The notes under the pieces: generated by a model
What the model was told of the DNA's origin: nothing
What the model saw: only the letters and a program-made list of their open reading frames with translations
The model's database searches: none
Source: Verrucomicrobiales bacterium
Lineage (GTDB): Bacteria; Verrucomicrobiota; Verrucomicrobiia; Limisphaerales; J093
NCBI GenBank assembly: GCA_037445715.1
Contig: JBBIJZ010000003.1
Location: 19,935 to 83,934 of the forward strand
Length of the DNA: 64,000 nt
Direction: 5' to 3'
In this document: positions 18,401-28,553 of the stretch, piece after piece
Layout of the letters: each line of letters starts with the position of its first letter
Numbering within the stretch: the stretch's first letter is position 1
Translations under genes and position numbers: made by a program

Positions 18401-19029
18401 CGGCGCTCCGGCTCGAGGCCCTGGCCACCTCGCCGTTGGACACCCTCGGCGCGCGCCTGGAAATCGCCGAGGGTCAGGTGGCCGTTCGTCCGTTCACCGC
18501 CGGCAGTGCCGCGTTTCGGGCCACGGCCGAAGGCGTCATCCGCCTGGCGCCGGTGCTGACCAACTCACCCATTGACCTGCCCGTGCAACTGGCGTTGCGC
18601 ACGGACCTGGCCCGCCAGATCAAGCTGGCGCAGCTCACCCCTTCCACGCACACCAACTTCCTGAACCTGCCGCCGCTGGTGAAGATCAAGGGCACCCTCG
18701 GCGCGCCCGAAACCGAAATTGACAAGCTGCGCCTGACCGCGCTGCTGGCCGGCAGCGTGGGCGGAGCCCTCGGCGGCACCGCCGGCGAGGCGGTCCAGGG
18801 CGTGAGCAGCCTGCTGCAGGGCAATGTGGGCGCCGCCGTGGACTCCCTGGGCCAGTTGCTCCCCGGCCGTAAACCCGTCGCCCCCACCAACGCCCCGCCG
18901 GCGACCAACTCGCCACCGCGCACCAACGCGCCGGCGGCCGGGACCAACGCCCCGCCCGCGGCCCCGACCAATCCGCCGCCCCGGCCGAGTGTGCTGGACC
19001 TGCTCGAGGGCCTTCGCAAACGGAACTGA
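15442..19029 (+). CDS. AsmA family / TamB-like large envelope protein
   Basis: 1195 aa. N-terminal anchor WAGLVLAALVVLLVALYLAL, followed by an AsmA-like start (VLPRVGAALNAQVTAGDILLRP...ISLDRPEVNV). The body is long, beta-rich and low in Cys. The C-terminus has a Pro-rich TNAPP repeat tail. Confidence 0.75.
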   Translation: MPDDSVRAQPAPRRPRASRRLKWAGLVLAALVVLLVALYLALTSSAVLKAVVLPRVGAALNAQVTAGDILLRPLSELRLKQLEVTPTNGPTLLRAADVTVRYDLFSLVRGRFILPEISLDRPEVNVQVAGDGRSNLDALLARPAPPTPARAEVPELDLGTLSLRGGSLTYCVEDPAGGRQCSTVTNLDLQLTGLKNGATARLKLEALAAQVNTHPDGAADSLRARLQTEATVGLSRRLTLEQIEANLQARVTQATGALAPADQLSASLALNLTPEELRQCRLRFERAGQSLGEARLSGPFQLARNEGRLSFQITAVDRAALALIGAPLGVDFGETALSGSGFVDLRQRGQRLIASLNLEARRFSVKWAGRTTPVLDLQFELRGNADLEEQTAYLERVSLSARSGGRDLLNVASQRAINLAWSRAEPRAAAPAVVNLALNDLRLADWQAWLPTNALGGVVNASATLTSAQDGRQLTLDLTNTVRSLGLAAGGLALQDLGADLTARLALQDYRMLNLEQLEWVGSEGGTALVRGQATAAVDLRELSGSSQVRLEGELPVLLARHPVPGLDFTKGRVRLNALLNWARARTAASLTALLGDLAGRAGSYRLDGYSAEFELSGDLAGDKLTLRRLGLSAREGTRSGGSGDLTGLVDAATQTAQFTLNLSGLNQLALRPLLAGLPGGVEVAALLVNATGQLRHDAQTRPTGPPGDFAAFQGVLTSLAEGRGETTFRFTAEVPTLVLTNRIRARTGALNGLALQLDATRRGSQLALATNWVQLPTTARAATNRLNFTGIFDLAPTNPAPATGSVRANVLDLTPLLDFATVRESAETAPAPGPETEPDPVELPLRQLTAELQVERLYLRDLVLRDWTARAEVRDGQVRIQPCTLRVDDAPVSATVRLDLTRPGYAYEFGLDAAGVHLGPLVDTFSPEYAGQIQGDLLAKLQLRGAGLTGPNLQRHLRGQATLDTTNLNFQIVTPRARKLLTALATALRLEALATSPLDTLGARLEIAEGQVAVRPFTAGSAAFRATAEGVIRLAPVLTNSPIDLPVQLALRTDLARQIKLAQLTPSTHTNFLNLPPLVKIKGTLGAPETEIDKLRLTALLAGSVGGALGGTAGEAVQGVSSLLQGNVGAAVDSLGQLLPGRKPVAPTNAPPATNSPPRTNAPAAGTNAPPAAPTNPPPRPSVLDLLEGLRKRN

Positions 19030-19058
19030 CTCACGCCGCCCGAGCGGCCTTTACCCCC

Positions 19059-20435
19059 ATGTCTGCCATCCTGGACTACCTGCGCGAACACCACGAGCGC
19101 TTCGTGCGCGACCTGTGCGAGTACGTGCGCTTCCCGAGTGTCTCGGCCCAACCCCAACACCAAAAGGACCTGCGGGCCTGCGCCGAGTGGCTGGTGCAGC
19201 GCTGCCGCCGCATCGGCCTGGAAAGCGAGCTGTGCGAGACCGCGGGGCATCCGGTGGTGCTCGCCCGCACCCCGCGTCGCGCCGGGCGGCGGCGTCCGCA
19301 TTTCCTGGTGTACGGGCATTACGACGTGCAGCCGCCCGAGCCGTTCGAGTTGTGGCAGAGCCCGCCCTTCGAGCCGCGCGTCACCGACTCGGCGGTCTTT
19401 GCCCGCGGCGCCAGCGACAACAAGGGGCAGCACCTGGCCCACCTCAACGCGGTCGAGGCCTGGCTGGCCACCGGCACCGAACTGCCCTGCGACCTGACCT
19501 TCCTCATCGAGGGCGAGGAGGAGGTGGGCAGCCGCAGCCTGGCCGGCTTCTTGCAGGCCCGCCGTGCGGCGCTGCGCTGCGACGCCGTGGTCGTGTCCGA
19601 CACCGGCATGCCCGCGCCCGGCCTGCCGGCACTCACCTACGCCCTGCGCGGCATCGCCGCCGTGGAAATCACGGTCACCGGTCCCGACCGCGACCTGCAC
19701 TCCGGCATCTTTGGCGGCACGGTGGACAACCCGGCGATGGCGTTGTGTCAGATGCTCGCCCCCCTGCGCGACCGCCGCGGCCGGGTGAACATCCCGGGGT
19801 TTTACGACGAGGTCGCCCCGTTGAGCGCCTACGAGCGCCGGCAACTGGCCCGCCTGCCCTTCAACGCGCGGGCCTACCGCCGTTTCCTGGGCGTGCCCCG
19901 GCTGTTTGGCGAGACCGGTTACACCGCCTGGGAGCAGCGCAGCGCCCGGCCCACCGTCGAGATCAACGGCCTGACCAGCGGTTACCAGGGCGAGGGCAGC
20001 AAAACCATCATCCCCGCCTGGGCCCGCGCCAAGCTCACCTTCCGCCTGGTGCCCCACCAGCGGCCCGACCGCATTGCCCGCCTGGTGGTGCGGCATCTGC
20101 GTCGGCTCACCCCGCCCACCGTCCGCGCCCGGATTACCGTCGGCCACGGCGGCGAGCCGTACCTGCTGGACCCGCGCAGTCCGCGGGCGCAGGCCGCGCT
20201 GCGGGCGTTGCGGGCCGCGTTCGGCCGCGAGCCGGTCCTGCTGCGCGAGGGCGGCTCGATTCCGATCGTAACCCAGTTCCGCAAAATCCTCGGGGCCGAG
20301 ACGCTCCTGCTGGGGCTGGCCCTACCGGATGACAACGCGCATTCGCCCAACGAGAAGTTTGACCTGGGCAACTATGCCGCCGGGATGCGCCTGGGCGCCA
20401 CGCTGTGGCCCGAGCTGGCCGCCGCCGGCGACTGA
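19059..20435 (+). CDS. M20 family dipeptidase/metallopeptidase
   Basis: 458 aa. Motifs: VYGHYDVQP, ARGASDNKG, FLIEGEEEVGS, LHSGIFGG, AHSPNE. Confidence 0.9.
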   Translation: MSAILDYLREHHERFVRDLCEYVRFPSVSAQPQHQKDLRACAEWLVQRCRRIGLESELCETAGHPVVLARTPRRAGRRRPHFLVYGHYDVQPPEPFELWQSPPFEPRVTDSAVFARGASDNKGQHLAHLNAVEAWLATGTELPCDLTFLIEGEEEVGSRSLAGFLQARRAALRCDAVVVSDTGMPAPGLPALTYALRGIAAVEITVTGPDRDLHSGIFGGTVDNPAMALCQMLAPLRDRRGRVNIPGFYDEVAPLSAYERRQLARLPFNARAYRRFLGVPRLFGETGYTAWEQRSARPTVEINGLTSGYQGEGSKTIIPAWARAKLTFRLVPHQRPDRIARLVVRHLRRLTPPTVRARITVGHGGEPYLLDPRSPRAQAALRALRAAFGREPVLLREGGSIPIVTQFRKILGAETLLLGLALPDDNAHSPNEKFDLGNYAAGMRLGATLWPELAAAGD

Positions 20436-20614
20436 TTGGCCGCCCCGTTTCAGGGCGATTCGGTGGTTTGGAAGGTCGAAAGGCCGGGAGCGGAAGTCCG
20501 CCGGCCCGGGGCCGGAGTCCACGGCCGGCCGTTGACCGTTCGCACGGGTGCGTTGTCCGCTGAAATCGGCGGTCCGGGTCCGGCGGAGGTCCGGCCGTTG
20601 AGTCTTTGCCTCCC

Positions 20615-22654
20615 TCAGGTGACCCGCGCCCCCGGCACGCCGGGCAGGGCGTGGTCGGCGCCGTTGATCGGTTCTCCGGCGGCGGCGGCGATCAGCTTGC
20701 GGTACGTCGCCAGGGCCAGCAGCGGCCAACTGTTCCGGTACATGTCGTATTTGAGGTAGTACACGCGCGGGAAGCCGGTGCCGGTGGTTTCGTCCTCGGT
20801 CCAGGAGCCGTCGGGGTTTTGCGTGCGGGTGAGGAATTCGATGCCGCGGAGCAGGCTGGGGTTGTTGGGGTCGCCGAAGGTGCACAAGCCCATGACGGCC
20901 CAGGCGGTCTGGGAGGCGGTGCTGGGGCCGCGGCCCTTGAAAACGGGGTCCTCGTAGGTGTCGCAGCGTTCGCCCCAGCCGCCGTCCTCGTGCTGGACAC
21001 TTTCCAGCCAGGCGCCGGCCTTGCGGAGCCAGGGCTGGTTCATGTCCACGCCCAGGGTGTGCAAGCCGCGCAGGACCTGCCAGGTGCCGTAGATGTAGTT
21101 CACGCCCCAGCGCCCGTACCAGGAACCGTCCGGCTCCTGCTGGCGGCGGAGGTACTCGATGGCCCGGGCGACCTGCGGGTGATCGAGCGGGTATTTCTCG
21201 TGGCCGAGGACCTCGAGGATGCGCGCGGTGATGTCCGCGCACTCCGGGTCGAGCATGGCGTTGTGGTCGGCGAAGGGGACTTTCTCGAGGATGTTGTTGG
21301 TGCAGTCCTTGTCGAACGCGGCCCAGCCGCCGTCGCGGCACTGGAAGGTGAGCATCCAGTTCAAGCCGCGCCGGTAGGCGGCATCGCGCGCGGCGGGATT
21401 GTCGGTGGGCGTCAACCGCAGGGCCAGCAGGACCATGGCGGTGTCGTCCACGTCCGGGTTCCACTTGTTCTCGAACTCGAAGACCCACCCGCTGGGTTCG
21501 ACGGGGGCGGGGTTCTTGTGCTGCCAGTCGCCGCGGAAGCGGATTTCCTTGGTCAGGAGCCAGGCGGTGGCCTTTTGGAGTGCGGGGTGGTCGGCGGGCA
21601 CGCCGGATTCACGCAGGGCGATGGCGGCGATGGCGGTGTCCCAGACCGGGGAGAGACAGGGCTCCATCCAGACGTGCTCGGCGTTCTGGTGTTCGAGCTT
21701 CTTGAGATTGGCCTCGCACTGGAGCACCAGCGGGTGGTCGGCGGGGTAACCGAGGGCCTTGAGGGCGATGAGGGAGTTGAGGATGGCCGGGAAGATGGCG
21801 GCCAGGCCGTCGGACCCCTCGAAGCGTTCGATCATCCACTGCTCGGCGCGTTTGAGGGCGCGGCGGCGGAAGGGGTGGATGCCGGCGCGGGCCCAGAGTT
21901 CGGCGAACTTGTGGAGTTTGTCCAGGGCGAGGAAGAAGTTGCGCCAGGTGAACACGTGCGGCCAGGGGTCGCGGGGCAGGCGCAGGTCGCGTTCATGGTA
22001 GCCCTCCGGGAAAAGCTCGTTGATGTGGCAACCCACCGGTCGGGTGGGGCGGAAGTGGTTGATGATGGCCAGGGGCACGAGCATGGCGCGGCTCCAGTTG
22101 CTCATGTCCCAGAAGTTCACCCGGAACCATTTGCCGATGAGCAGGACCTCGCAGGGAATGGTGGGGACGTATTTCCAGGGGTAGAGGCCCAGCAGGGCGA
22201 GGTAGAGCTTGGAGAAGGTGTTCATGCGCGGCACCCCGCCCAGGCTCAGGGCCACGGCGCGGGCGCGCAACATGCGGGGGTCGGTGACCGGGACGCCGGC
22301 CAGTTTGAGGGCCAGGTAGGCCTTGATGGTGGCGTTCACCTCGGCCGGGCCGCCGTGGTAGATGTTCCAGCCGCCGCCGGGCAGTTGTTGGGACAGGATG
22401 TAGTTGGCGGCCTTGCGCTGCCATTCCGGGTCCACGCGGCCGTCCCAGTGCCGGAAGGCGATCATGTCGGACATGATGGTGGTGTCCACGATGAGTTCGC
22501 CGATCCAGTAGCCGTCCGGTTTCTGGAGCCCCAGCAGGTGTTGTTGGGCGCGCGCGATGGCGCGTTCGACGGCCGGCACCAGTTGGCGGGCGGCAGTCCA
22601 GGCGGTGGCGACCTGCCCGGCGGTCGTTTGGGTGGCGAGCTTGCTGGTCAGCAT
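20615..22654 (-). CDS. shc: squalene-hopene cyclase
   Basis: 679 aa. Contains the DxDDTA motif (WNPDVDDTAMVLLAL). Several QW repeats: QQEPDGSWYGRWG, QHEDGGWGE, QNPDGSWTE. Confidence 0.95.
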   Translation of the reverse strand: MLTSKLATQTTAGQVATAWTAARQLVPAVERAIARAQQHLLGLQKPDGYWIGELIVDTTIMSDMIAFRHWDGRVDPEWQRKAANYILSQQLPGGGWNIYHGGPAEVNATIKAYLALKLAGVPVTDPRMLRARAVALSLGGVPRMNTFSKLYLALLGLYPWKYVPTIPCEVLLIGKWFRVNFWDMSNWSRAMLVPLAIINHFRPTRPVGCHINELFPEGYHERDLRLPRDPWPHVFTWRNFFLALDKLHKFAELWARAGIHPFRRRALKRAEQWMIERFEGSDGLAAIFPAILNSLIALKALGYPADHPLVLQCEANLKKLEHQNAEHVWMEPCLSPVWDTAIAAIALRESGVPADHPALQKATAWLLTKEIRFRGDWQHKNPAPVEPSGWVFEFENKWNPDVDDTAMVLLALRLTPTDNPAARDAAYRRGLNWMLTFQCRDGGWAAFDKDCTNNILEKVPFADHNAMLDPECADITARILEVLGHEKYPLDHPQVARAIEYLRRQQEPDGSWYGRWGVNYIYGTWQVLRGLHTLGVDMNQPWLRKAGAWLESVQHEDGGWGERCDTYEDPVFKGRGPSTASQTAWAVMGLCTFGDPNNPSLLRGIEFLTRTQNPDGSWTEDETTGTGFPRVYYLKYDMYRNSWPLLALATYRKLIAAAAGEPINGADHALPGVPGARVT

Positions 22655-22694
22655 TGGGCGACTGTGGGGGGATTGGAAAAGGTCGTAAAGCGGA

Positions 22695-23987
22695 TTAACC
22701 GCGGGCGGCGCCGGGCTCCGCCGGCGGGGGCGGCGTCTGCGGCATCCCCGTGATGCGCCAGTCGGAGTCCTGCTTGACGTACAGGGTGCGGGTGGGGAAG
22801 GCGAAGCTGAGGCCGGCGGCGTCGAAGCGCGCCTTGAGGGTGAGGTTCATCTCCTGCATCCCGGCCAGGTAGGCCTTGTAGTCGGTCGAGTTCCACCAGT
22901 GGATGACCAGGAAGTTGAGCGAGAAATCGGCAAACTGGTTGAAGCTCACCCAGACGTCGGCGGTCATGGGGTGGCTCTTGAAGACCTCGGTGATGATTTC
23001 GCCGGCCAGCTTCACCTTCTCGGCGGGGGTGTCGTAGGTGATGCCGAGGGTCATCACGGTGCGGATGTTCGGGCGCTTGGAGATGTTGGTGATGCTGGCG
23101 TTGGCCATGGCCTTGTTCGGGATGGTGACCAGATGGCCGTCCAGATTCCGGAGCCGCGTGCTCCGCAGGCCAATCTCCTCGACCACCCCGTCGTAGCCCT
23201 CGACCTTGATGCGGTCGCCCACCACGCACGGCCGGTCCAGGAACAGGGCCACGGCGCCGAAGAGATTGGCCAGGGTGTCCTGGGCGGCCAGGCCCACGGC
23301 CAGGCCGCCGATGGACAGGCCGGCCAGGAGGGTGGTGACTTCCACGCCCAGATTCTGCGCGGTCACCAACAGGGCCAGGAGGAGGATGAAGTACTTGCCC
23401 ACCCGGCGCATCAACGGCAGCAGTTGCTTGTCCAGCAACGGCTCCTCGGGCCTCGCGCTGCGCTGTCGCCAGAACACCAGGAACAGGTCCAGGGCCTTGA
23501 TGACCATGTAGGTGATGGACCAGGCCACCACCACCCGCAGCCCCTTGGAGAGGTAATCCTGCACCACCGCCGGCCAGGCGAAGACCCGCAGGCCGAAGTT
23601 CAGCACGATGACAAAGGTCACCACCTTGACGGGCCCGTGCACCACCTGCAGCAGGATGTCGTCGTACCTGGAGGGGGTGCGTGCGGCCCACGCCCGGAGC
23701 CGGCCGGACACCAGCCGATTGACCAGGTACGCGCTCAGAAAGGCCAGGCCGATGTAGGCGAGAAAGGCCAGATACTTCCACAACGGCTCGCCGAAGACCT
23801 CGAGCCGCAGCGCGGGTACCTGCTCGAAGAACCGGCCCAACGCCTCGCTCGGCGCGTTGGCGGGCGGGCTGTTGGTAGCCGGGAGCGCTGCCGGACTCTC
23901 GGCAGCCCGCAGGTCCCAAGGACCGAATATCAGGACGGTCCAAACGAAGACCACCAGTTGCAGGAAGTTCCACTTGCCGCTGCGCAT
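22695..23987 (-). CDS. mechanosensitive ion channel family protein (MscS-like)
   Basis: Trimmed to ATG at complement 23985..23987 (MRSGKWNFLQLVVF). MscS core: LANLFGAVALFLDRPCVVGDRIKVEGYDGVVEEIGLRSTRLRNLDGHLVTIPN. Confidence 0.85.
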   Translation of the reverse strand: MRSGKWNFLQLVVFVWTVLIFGPWDLRAAESPAALPATNSPPANAPSEALGRFFEQVPALRLEVFGEPLWKYLAFLAYIGLAFLSAYLVNRLVSGRLRAWAARTPSRYDDILLQVVHGPVKVVTFVIVLNFGLRVFAWPAVVQDYLSKGLRVVVAWSITYMVIKALDLFLVFWRQRSARPEEPLLDKQLLPLMRRVGKYFILLLALLVTAQNLGVEVTTLLAGLSIGGLAVGLAAQDTLANLFGAVALFLDRPCVVGDRIKVEGYDGVVEEIGLRSTRLRNLDGHLVTIPNKAMANASITNISKRPNIRTVMTLGITYDTPAEKVKLAGEIITEVFKSHPMTADVWVSFNQFADFSLNFLVIHWWNSTDYKAYLAGMQEMNLTLKARFDAAGLSFAFPTRTLYVKQDSDWRITGMPQTPPPPAEPGAARG

Positions 23988-24101
23988 AGCTTTCCTCTCG
24001 CGAATCAAGATGTGGGGCGCGCGCCCACCCGGCCGCCGGAGAATCAGCAGCCGGCGGCCAGCCCCCCCCCCGTGGGCGCCGACCGGAGCGGGCACGGCGA
24101 C

Positions 24102-25541
24102 TCAACTTTCCACGAGCTGCGCCTCCGCCCGGCGTTTGCGGGCAATGGCGTGCGTGGCGTAGCCGTAAAACACCTCCGCGCACTCCATCAGGGTCTCCGA
24201 AAGCGTGGGATGCGGATGCACCGAAAGCGCCAGGTCCATCGCCGTGGCGCCCATCTCGAGGGCCACCACACCCTCGGCGATCAACTCGCCCGCGCCATGA
24301 CCCACGATGCCCACGCCCAGGAGGCGCTCGGTCTCCGGGTCCACCACCAGTTTGGTCATGCCGTCGGGCCGGTCAAAGGTCAGCGCCCGGCCCGAGGCCG
24401 ACCACGGGAACTTGGCCACCTCGACCGCCAGGCCCTTGGCCCGCGCCTCGGCCTCGGTCAGGCCGCACCAGGCCAGCTCCGGATCGGTGAACACCACCGC
24501 CGGGATGATGAAATCCTCCGCCGTGGCCGACTCGCCCAGGATGCGTTCGACGGCGATGCGCGCCTCGCGCGCGGCCTTGTGCGCCAGGAGCACCCCGCCG
24601 GCAATGTCGCCAATGGCCAGGATGCGCGGGTCCTGGGTTTGCTGGTACTCGTCCACCTCGATGAAGCCCTTTTCGTCGCGGGTCACGCGGGTGTTTTCCA
24701 GGCCCAGGTCCTCGGCGTTGGGCACGCGGCCCACGGCCACCAACACGCGGTCGTAAAGTTCCTCGCGCGTCTCGCCGCCCCACTCGAGCACCACCTTGAT
24801 CTGGGCGCCGCGGGTGGCCATCTCGCGCACTTTCACCCCGGTGCGGATTTCCTTGAAACGCCGGGCGGCGCGGGCGGCAATGGGCCGGGCCAGGTCGGGA
24901 TCGGCCCCGGTGAGGATCTGGTCGGCCGCCTCGACCACCACCACCTGGCTGCCGAGGGTGGCATAGACGGTGCCCAGTTCCATGCCGATGTAGCCGCCGC
25001 CCACCACCAGCAACGTGGGGGGGATGTCCTCGACTTCCAGGGCCTCGGTCGAGGTCATGATGCGCGGATTGCCCAGATCAAAGGCCCTGGGCATGGCCGG
25101 CTTCGAGCCGGTGGCCACGATGGCATGGTTGAACCGGATGAACTGCTGGCCCGTCGCGGTCTCAACCCGCAGCGTCTCCGAGTCCTCGAAGTAGCCGCGG
25201 CCGGTGATCACCTGCACCTGGCGGCGCTGGGCCAGTTGGGCCACGCCGCTGCCGAGCTTTTGCAGGATGGACTCTTTCCAGGCGCGCAGGCGGGCCAGGT
25301 CCACCTCCGGCGGGGCGAAGCGCAACCCCCAGTGCTCGGCCTCGCGGGCCACATTGATGACGTGCGCCGCGTTGAGCAGGGCCTTGGAGGGGATGCAGCC
25401 GCGGTTCAGGCACACGCCGCCCAGGCGCGGCTCGCGCTCGACCAGGATCACCTTGCGGCCGTGGTCGGCCGCGTAAAAGGCCGCCGCGTATCCGCCGGGG
25501 CCGGCCCCGACGACGACGATGTCCGTTTGGATGGGTTCCAT
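24102..25541 (-). CDS. lpdA: dihydrolipoyl dehydrogenase (E3)
   Basis: 479 aa. Motifs: VVVGAGPGGY, redox-active disulfide GGVCLNRGCIPSK, C-terminal HPHPTLSE. Confidence 0.95.
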   Translation of the reverse strand: MEPIQTDIVVVGAGPGGYAAAFYAADHGRKVILVEREPRLGGVCLNRGCIPSKALLNAAHVINVAREAEHWGLRFAPPEVDLARLRAWKESILQKLGSGVAQLAQRRQVQVITGRGYFEDSETLRVETATGQQFIRFNHAIVATGSKPAMPRAFDLGNPRIMTSTEALEVEDIPPTLLVVGGGYIGMELGTVYATLGSQVVVVEAADQILTGADPDLARPIAARAARRFKEIRTGVKVREMATRGAQIKVVLEWGGETREELYDRVLVAVGRVPNAEDLGLENTRVTRDEKGFIEVDEYQQTQDPRILAIGDIAGGVLLAHKAAREARIAVERILGESATAEDFIIPAVVFTDPELAWCGLTEAEARAKGLAVEVAKFPWSASGRALTFDRPDGMTKLVVDPETERLLGVGIVGHGAGELIAEGVVALEMGATAMDLALSVHPHPTLSETLMECAEVFYGYATHAIARKRRAEAQLVES

Positions 25542-25543
25542 GC

Positions 25544-26839
25544 TTACAAACGCACCAGATGTTCCTCGAACTGCTCGATGGCCCGCACCAGGTCGGTGAT
25601 GAACCGCGCCGCGCTGCCGCCGTCAATGACCCGGTGGTCGTAGGACAGCGCCAGGGGCAACAGCGGCCGGCCGGTGACCTGGCCGTCGCGCCAGACCGGT
25701 TTCACCGCCGCGCGGCCCACGCCCAGGATGGCCACCTCGGGCAGGTTGATGATGGGCGTGAAATGAGCGCCGCCGATGCCGCCCTGGTTGGACACGGTGA
25801 AGGTGCCGCCCTTCATGTCCTCGGCCGAGAGCTTGCGCTCGCGGGCCTTGCGGGCCAGTTCTTCGACCTCGCGCGCCAGCTCGAGGACGGATTTTTTGTC
25901 CGCGTCGCGCAACACCGGCACCATCAGCCCGGCCTCGGTGTCCACCGCCAGGCCCAGGCTGATGTAGCTCTTGAACACCAGGTTCTCGCCGGTGTCATCC
26001 AGACTGGTGTTGAAAACGGGATGTTTTTGCAGCACGCCGGTCAGCGCCTTGAGCAGGAGCGGGGTCACGGTCAATTTCACCCCCCGTTCGGCGTAGGCCG
26101 CCTGCCACGCCTGGCGCAATTCGTTGAGCCGGGTGAGATCGGCTTCGTCGAACTGCGTGACCCGGGGCACGGTTTCCCAGCTTTCGCTCATCCGCCGGGC
26201 GATGGTCTGCCGCAACGGGGACAACGGCTTGATGGTGACCGGCCCCCACTTGGCGTAATCGCGGGGCTCGGGCGCGGTGCGCGGCGGACGACCCGCGACG
26301 GCGGCGGCCCGGGCGGCCAGCCGTTGCAGGCGCTGGATGTACGCCCGCAGGTCGGCCATCTCAATGCGCCCACCCCGGCCGGTGCCCCGGAGGCGACTCA
26401 GCTCGATGCCCAGGTCCCTGGCCAGGCGGCGGAGCGTGGGCGATGCCGCCGGCGGTGGCCCTCCGGCGGGAGGTTCTTCGCCCGGCTCGGGCTCGGGTAC
26501 TGCTTCCGCCTCCGGGGCGGGTACCTGCGCCGCGGCGGGGGCCTTCGGAGCGGGGGCCGAAACCGGGGCGGCCTTCGCGGCGGCCGGAGCCGGAGCGGCG
26601 GCGCCGGATGCGCCGTCGAGGCTGATCAGCTTCTGCCCCACGCTGACCTTGTCGCCGGGCTTTACGAAGACGGCGCTGACCGTGCCGCCGGCGGGGGCGG
26701 GGATGCTGGCCACGGCCTTTTCGTTTTCCAACTCCAGGATGGGCTGGTCCTTGGCGATGGTATCGCCGGGTTTGACAAAGACGCTGACCACGACGCCGGA
26801 TTCGGCGCCTTCCCCCAACTTCGGCAATTTGACATCCAT
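25544..26839 (-). CDS. 2-oxoacid dehydrogenase E2 dihydrolipoamide acyltransferase (substrate class unresolved)
   Basis: Trimmed to MDVKLPKLGEGAESG (ATG at complement 26837..26839). Lipoyl motif LENEKAVASIPAP, a Pro/Ala linker, the E3-binding stretch ASPTLRRLARDLGIEL, and the catalytic motif DHRVIDGG. Confidence 0.9.
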   Translation of the reverse strand: MDVKLPKLGEGAESGVVVSVFVKPGDTIAKDQPILELENEKAVASIPAPAGGTVSAVFVKPGDKVSVGQKLISLDGASGAAAPAPAAAKAAPVSAPAPKAPAAAQVPAPEAEAVPEPEPGEEPPAGGPPPAASPTLRRLARDLGIELSRLRGTGRGGRIEMADLRAYIQRLQRLAARAAAVAGRPPRTAPEPRDYAKWGPVTIKPLSPLRQTIARRMSESWETVPRVTQFDEADLTRLNELRQAWQAAYAERGVKLTVTPLLLKALTGVLQKHPVFNTSLDDTGENLVFKSYISLGLAVDTEAGLMVPVLRDADKKSVLELAREVEELARKARERKLSAEDMKGGTFTVSNQGGIGGAHFTPIINLPEVAILGVGRAAVKPVWRDGQVTGRPLLPLALSYDHRVIDGGSAARFITDLVRAIEQFEEHLVRL

Positions 26840-27034
26840 AACCAGTTCGTGCTGAACCCGGGCAGACCCGACAGACGTGGCCGGCCGGCAGAAACCCACC
26901 TTAACGGCAGGCGCCTAGGCTTGCGAGCAGGCGCCGGACTGACAAGCAGATTTCCCGATCGGCCGCGCTAGCGGAGGGCTTGCACCCCGCCCGGGCGCCC
27001 GGACAATCAGCGCCACAACAGCGCGCCCCGGCCC

Positions 27035-27955
<921 letters not shown>

Positions 27956-28126
27956 GGCGCCGCCGGCCGGTCCGGACCGGTTGCCAACCGGCCGCGAACT
28001 TGTACTGGCCGGCCGGCGCGCGTCCCGACATCCTCCGCTCAGGCTCGCTCGGAAAACCGTGCTCAACGGCCCGGCCCGGCGCCGGCGCGGTTGGGCCGGA
28101 TTGCCCGAACCGAGCCCGGAACCGCC

Positions 28127-28318
28127 ATGAAACTGACCCGCTCACGTCAGGATCGCCTCCTCGCCGGGGTGTGCGGCGGCCTGGCCCGTTACCTGGGCTG
28201 GTCGCCGTTCCGGGTGCGGGTGGCCTATGTGCTGGTCTCGATCCTGAGCGTCGCCTTCCCCGGCATCCTGGTTTATCTGCTGCTGTGGTTCCTGATGCCC
28301 AAAGAGCCGGCGGACTGA
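28127..28318 (+). CDS. PspC domain-containing small membrane protein
   Basis: Trimmed to ATG 28127. LTRSRQDRLLAGVCGGLARYLGW..RVAYVL is followed by a TM helix. Confidence 0.8.
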   Translation: MKLTRSRQDRLLAGVCGGLARYLGWSPFRVRVAYVLVSILSVAFPGILVYLLLWFLMPKEPAD

Positions 28319-28553
28319 TGCCCCCACCGGAAGCCCCCTCCGGTCAGGCCCGGCGGGCGTGTCCTTTCTGCGCGGAGACGCTCAGGGGTGGTCGAGCCGG
28401 CTCACCCGCGGGAGACATATCACTCGCTCCTGGTAAAAGTGTCCTGGGCCAAAAACGCGCGGGCACGCTTCTGAGGCGACCGCGTTCAACCGTGGCCGAA
28501 GCCGCCGGGCCGCACTGGCCAAACGCCGCGTCTCCGTGCATGATTCCACGAGC

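Noticed and set aside
22899-25643. 914-aa plus-strand ORF. The same reasoning applies to 4890..7796 (-), 48113..50458 (+), 52962..55748 (+), 58318..60798 (-), 20606..22753 (+) and 52687..54498 (-).
   Set aside because: All are antisense to genes with strong family signatures (MscS/lpdA, panC/nadB, secreted repeat protein, helicase, GH51, shc, IMPase). All translate to Gly/Arg/Ala/Asp-rich low-complexity sequence.
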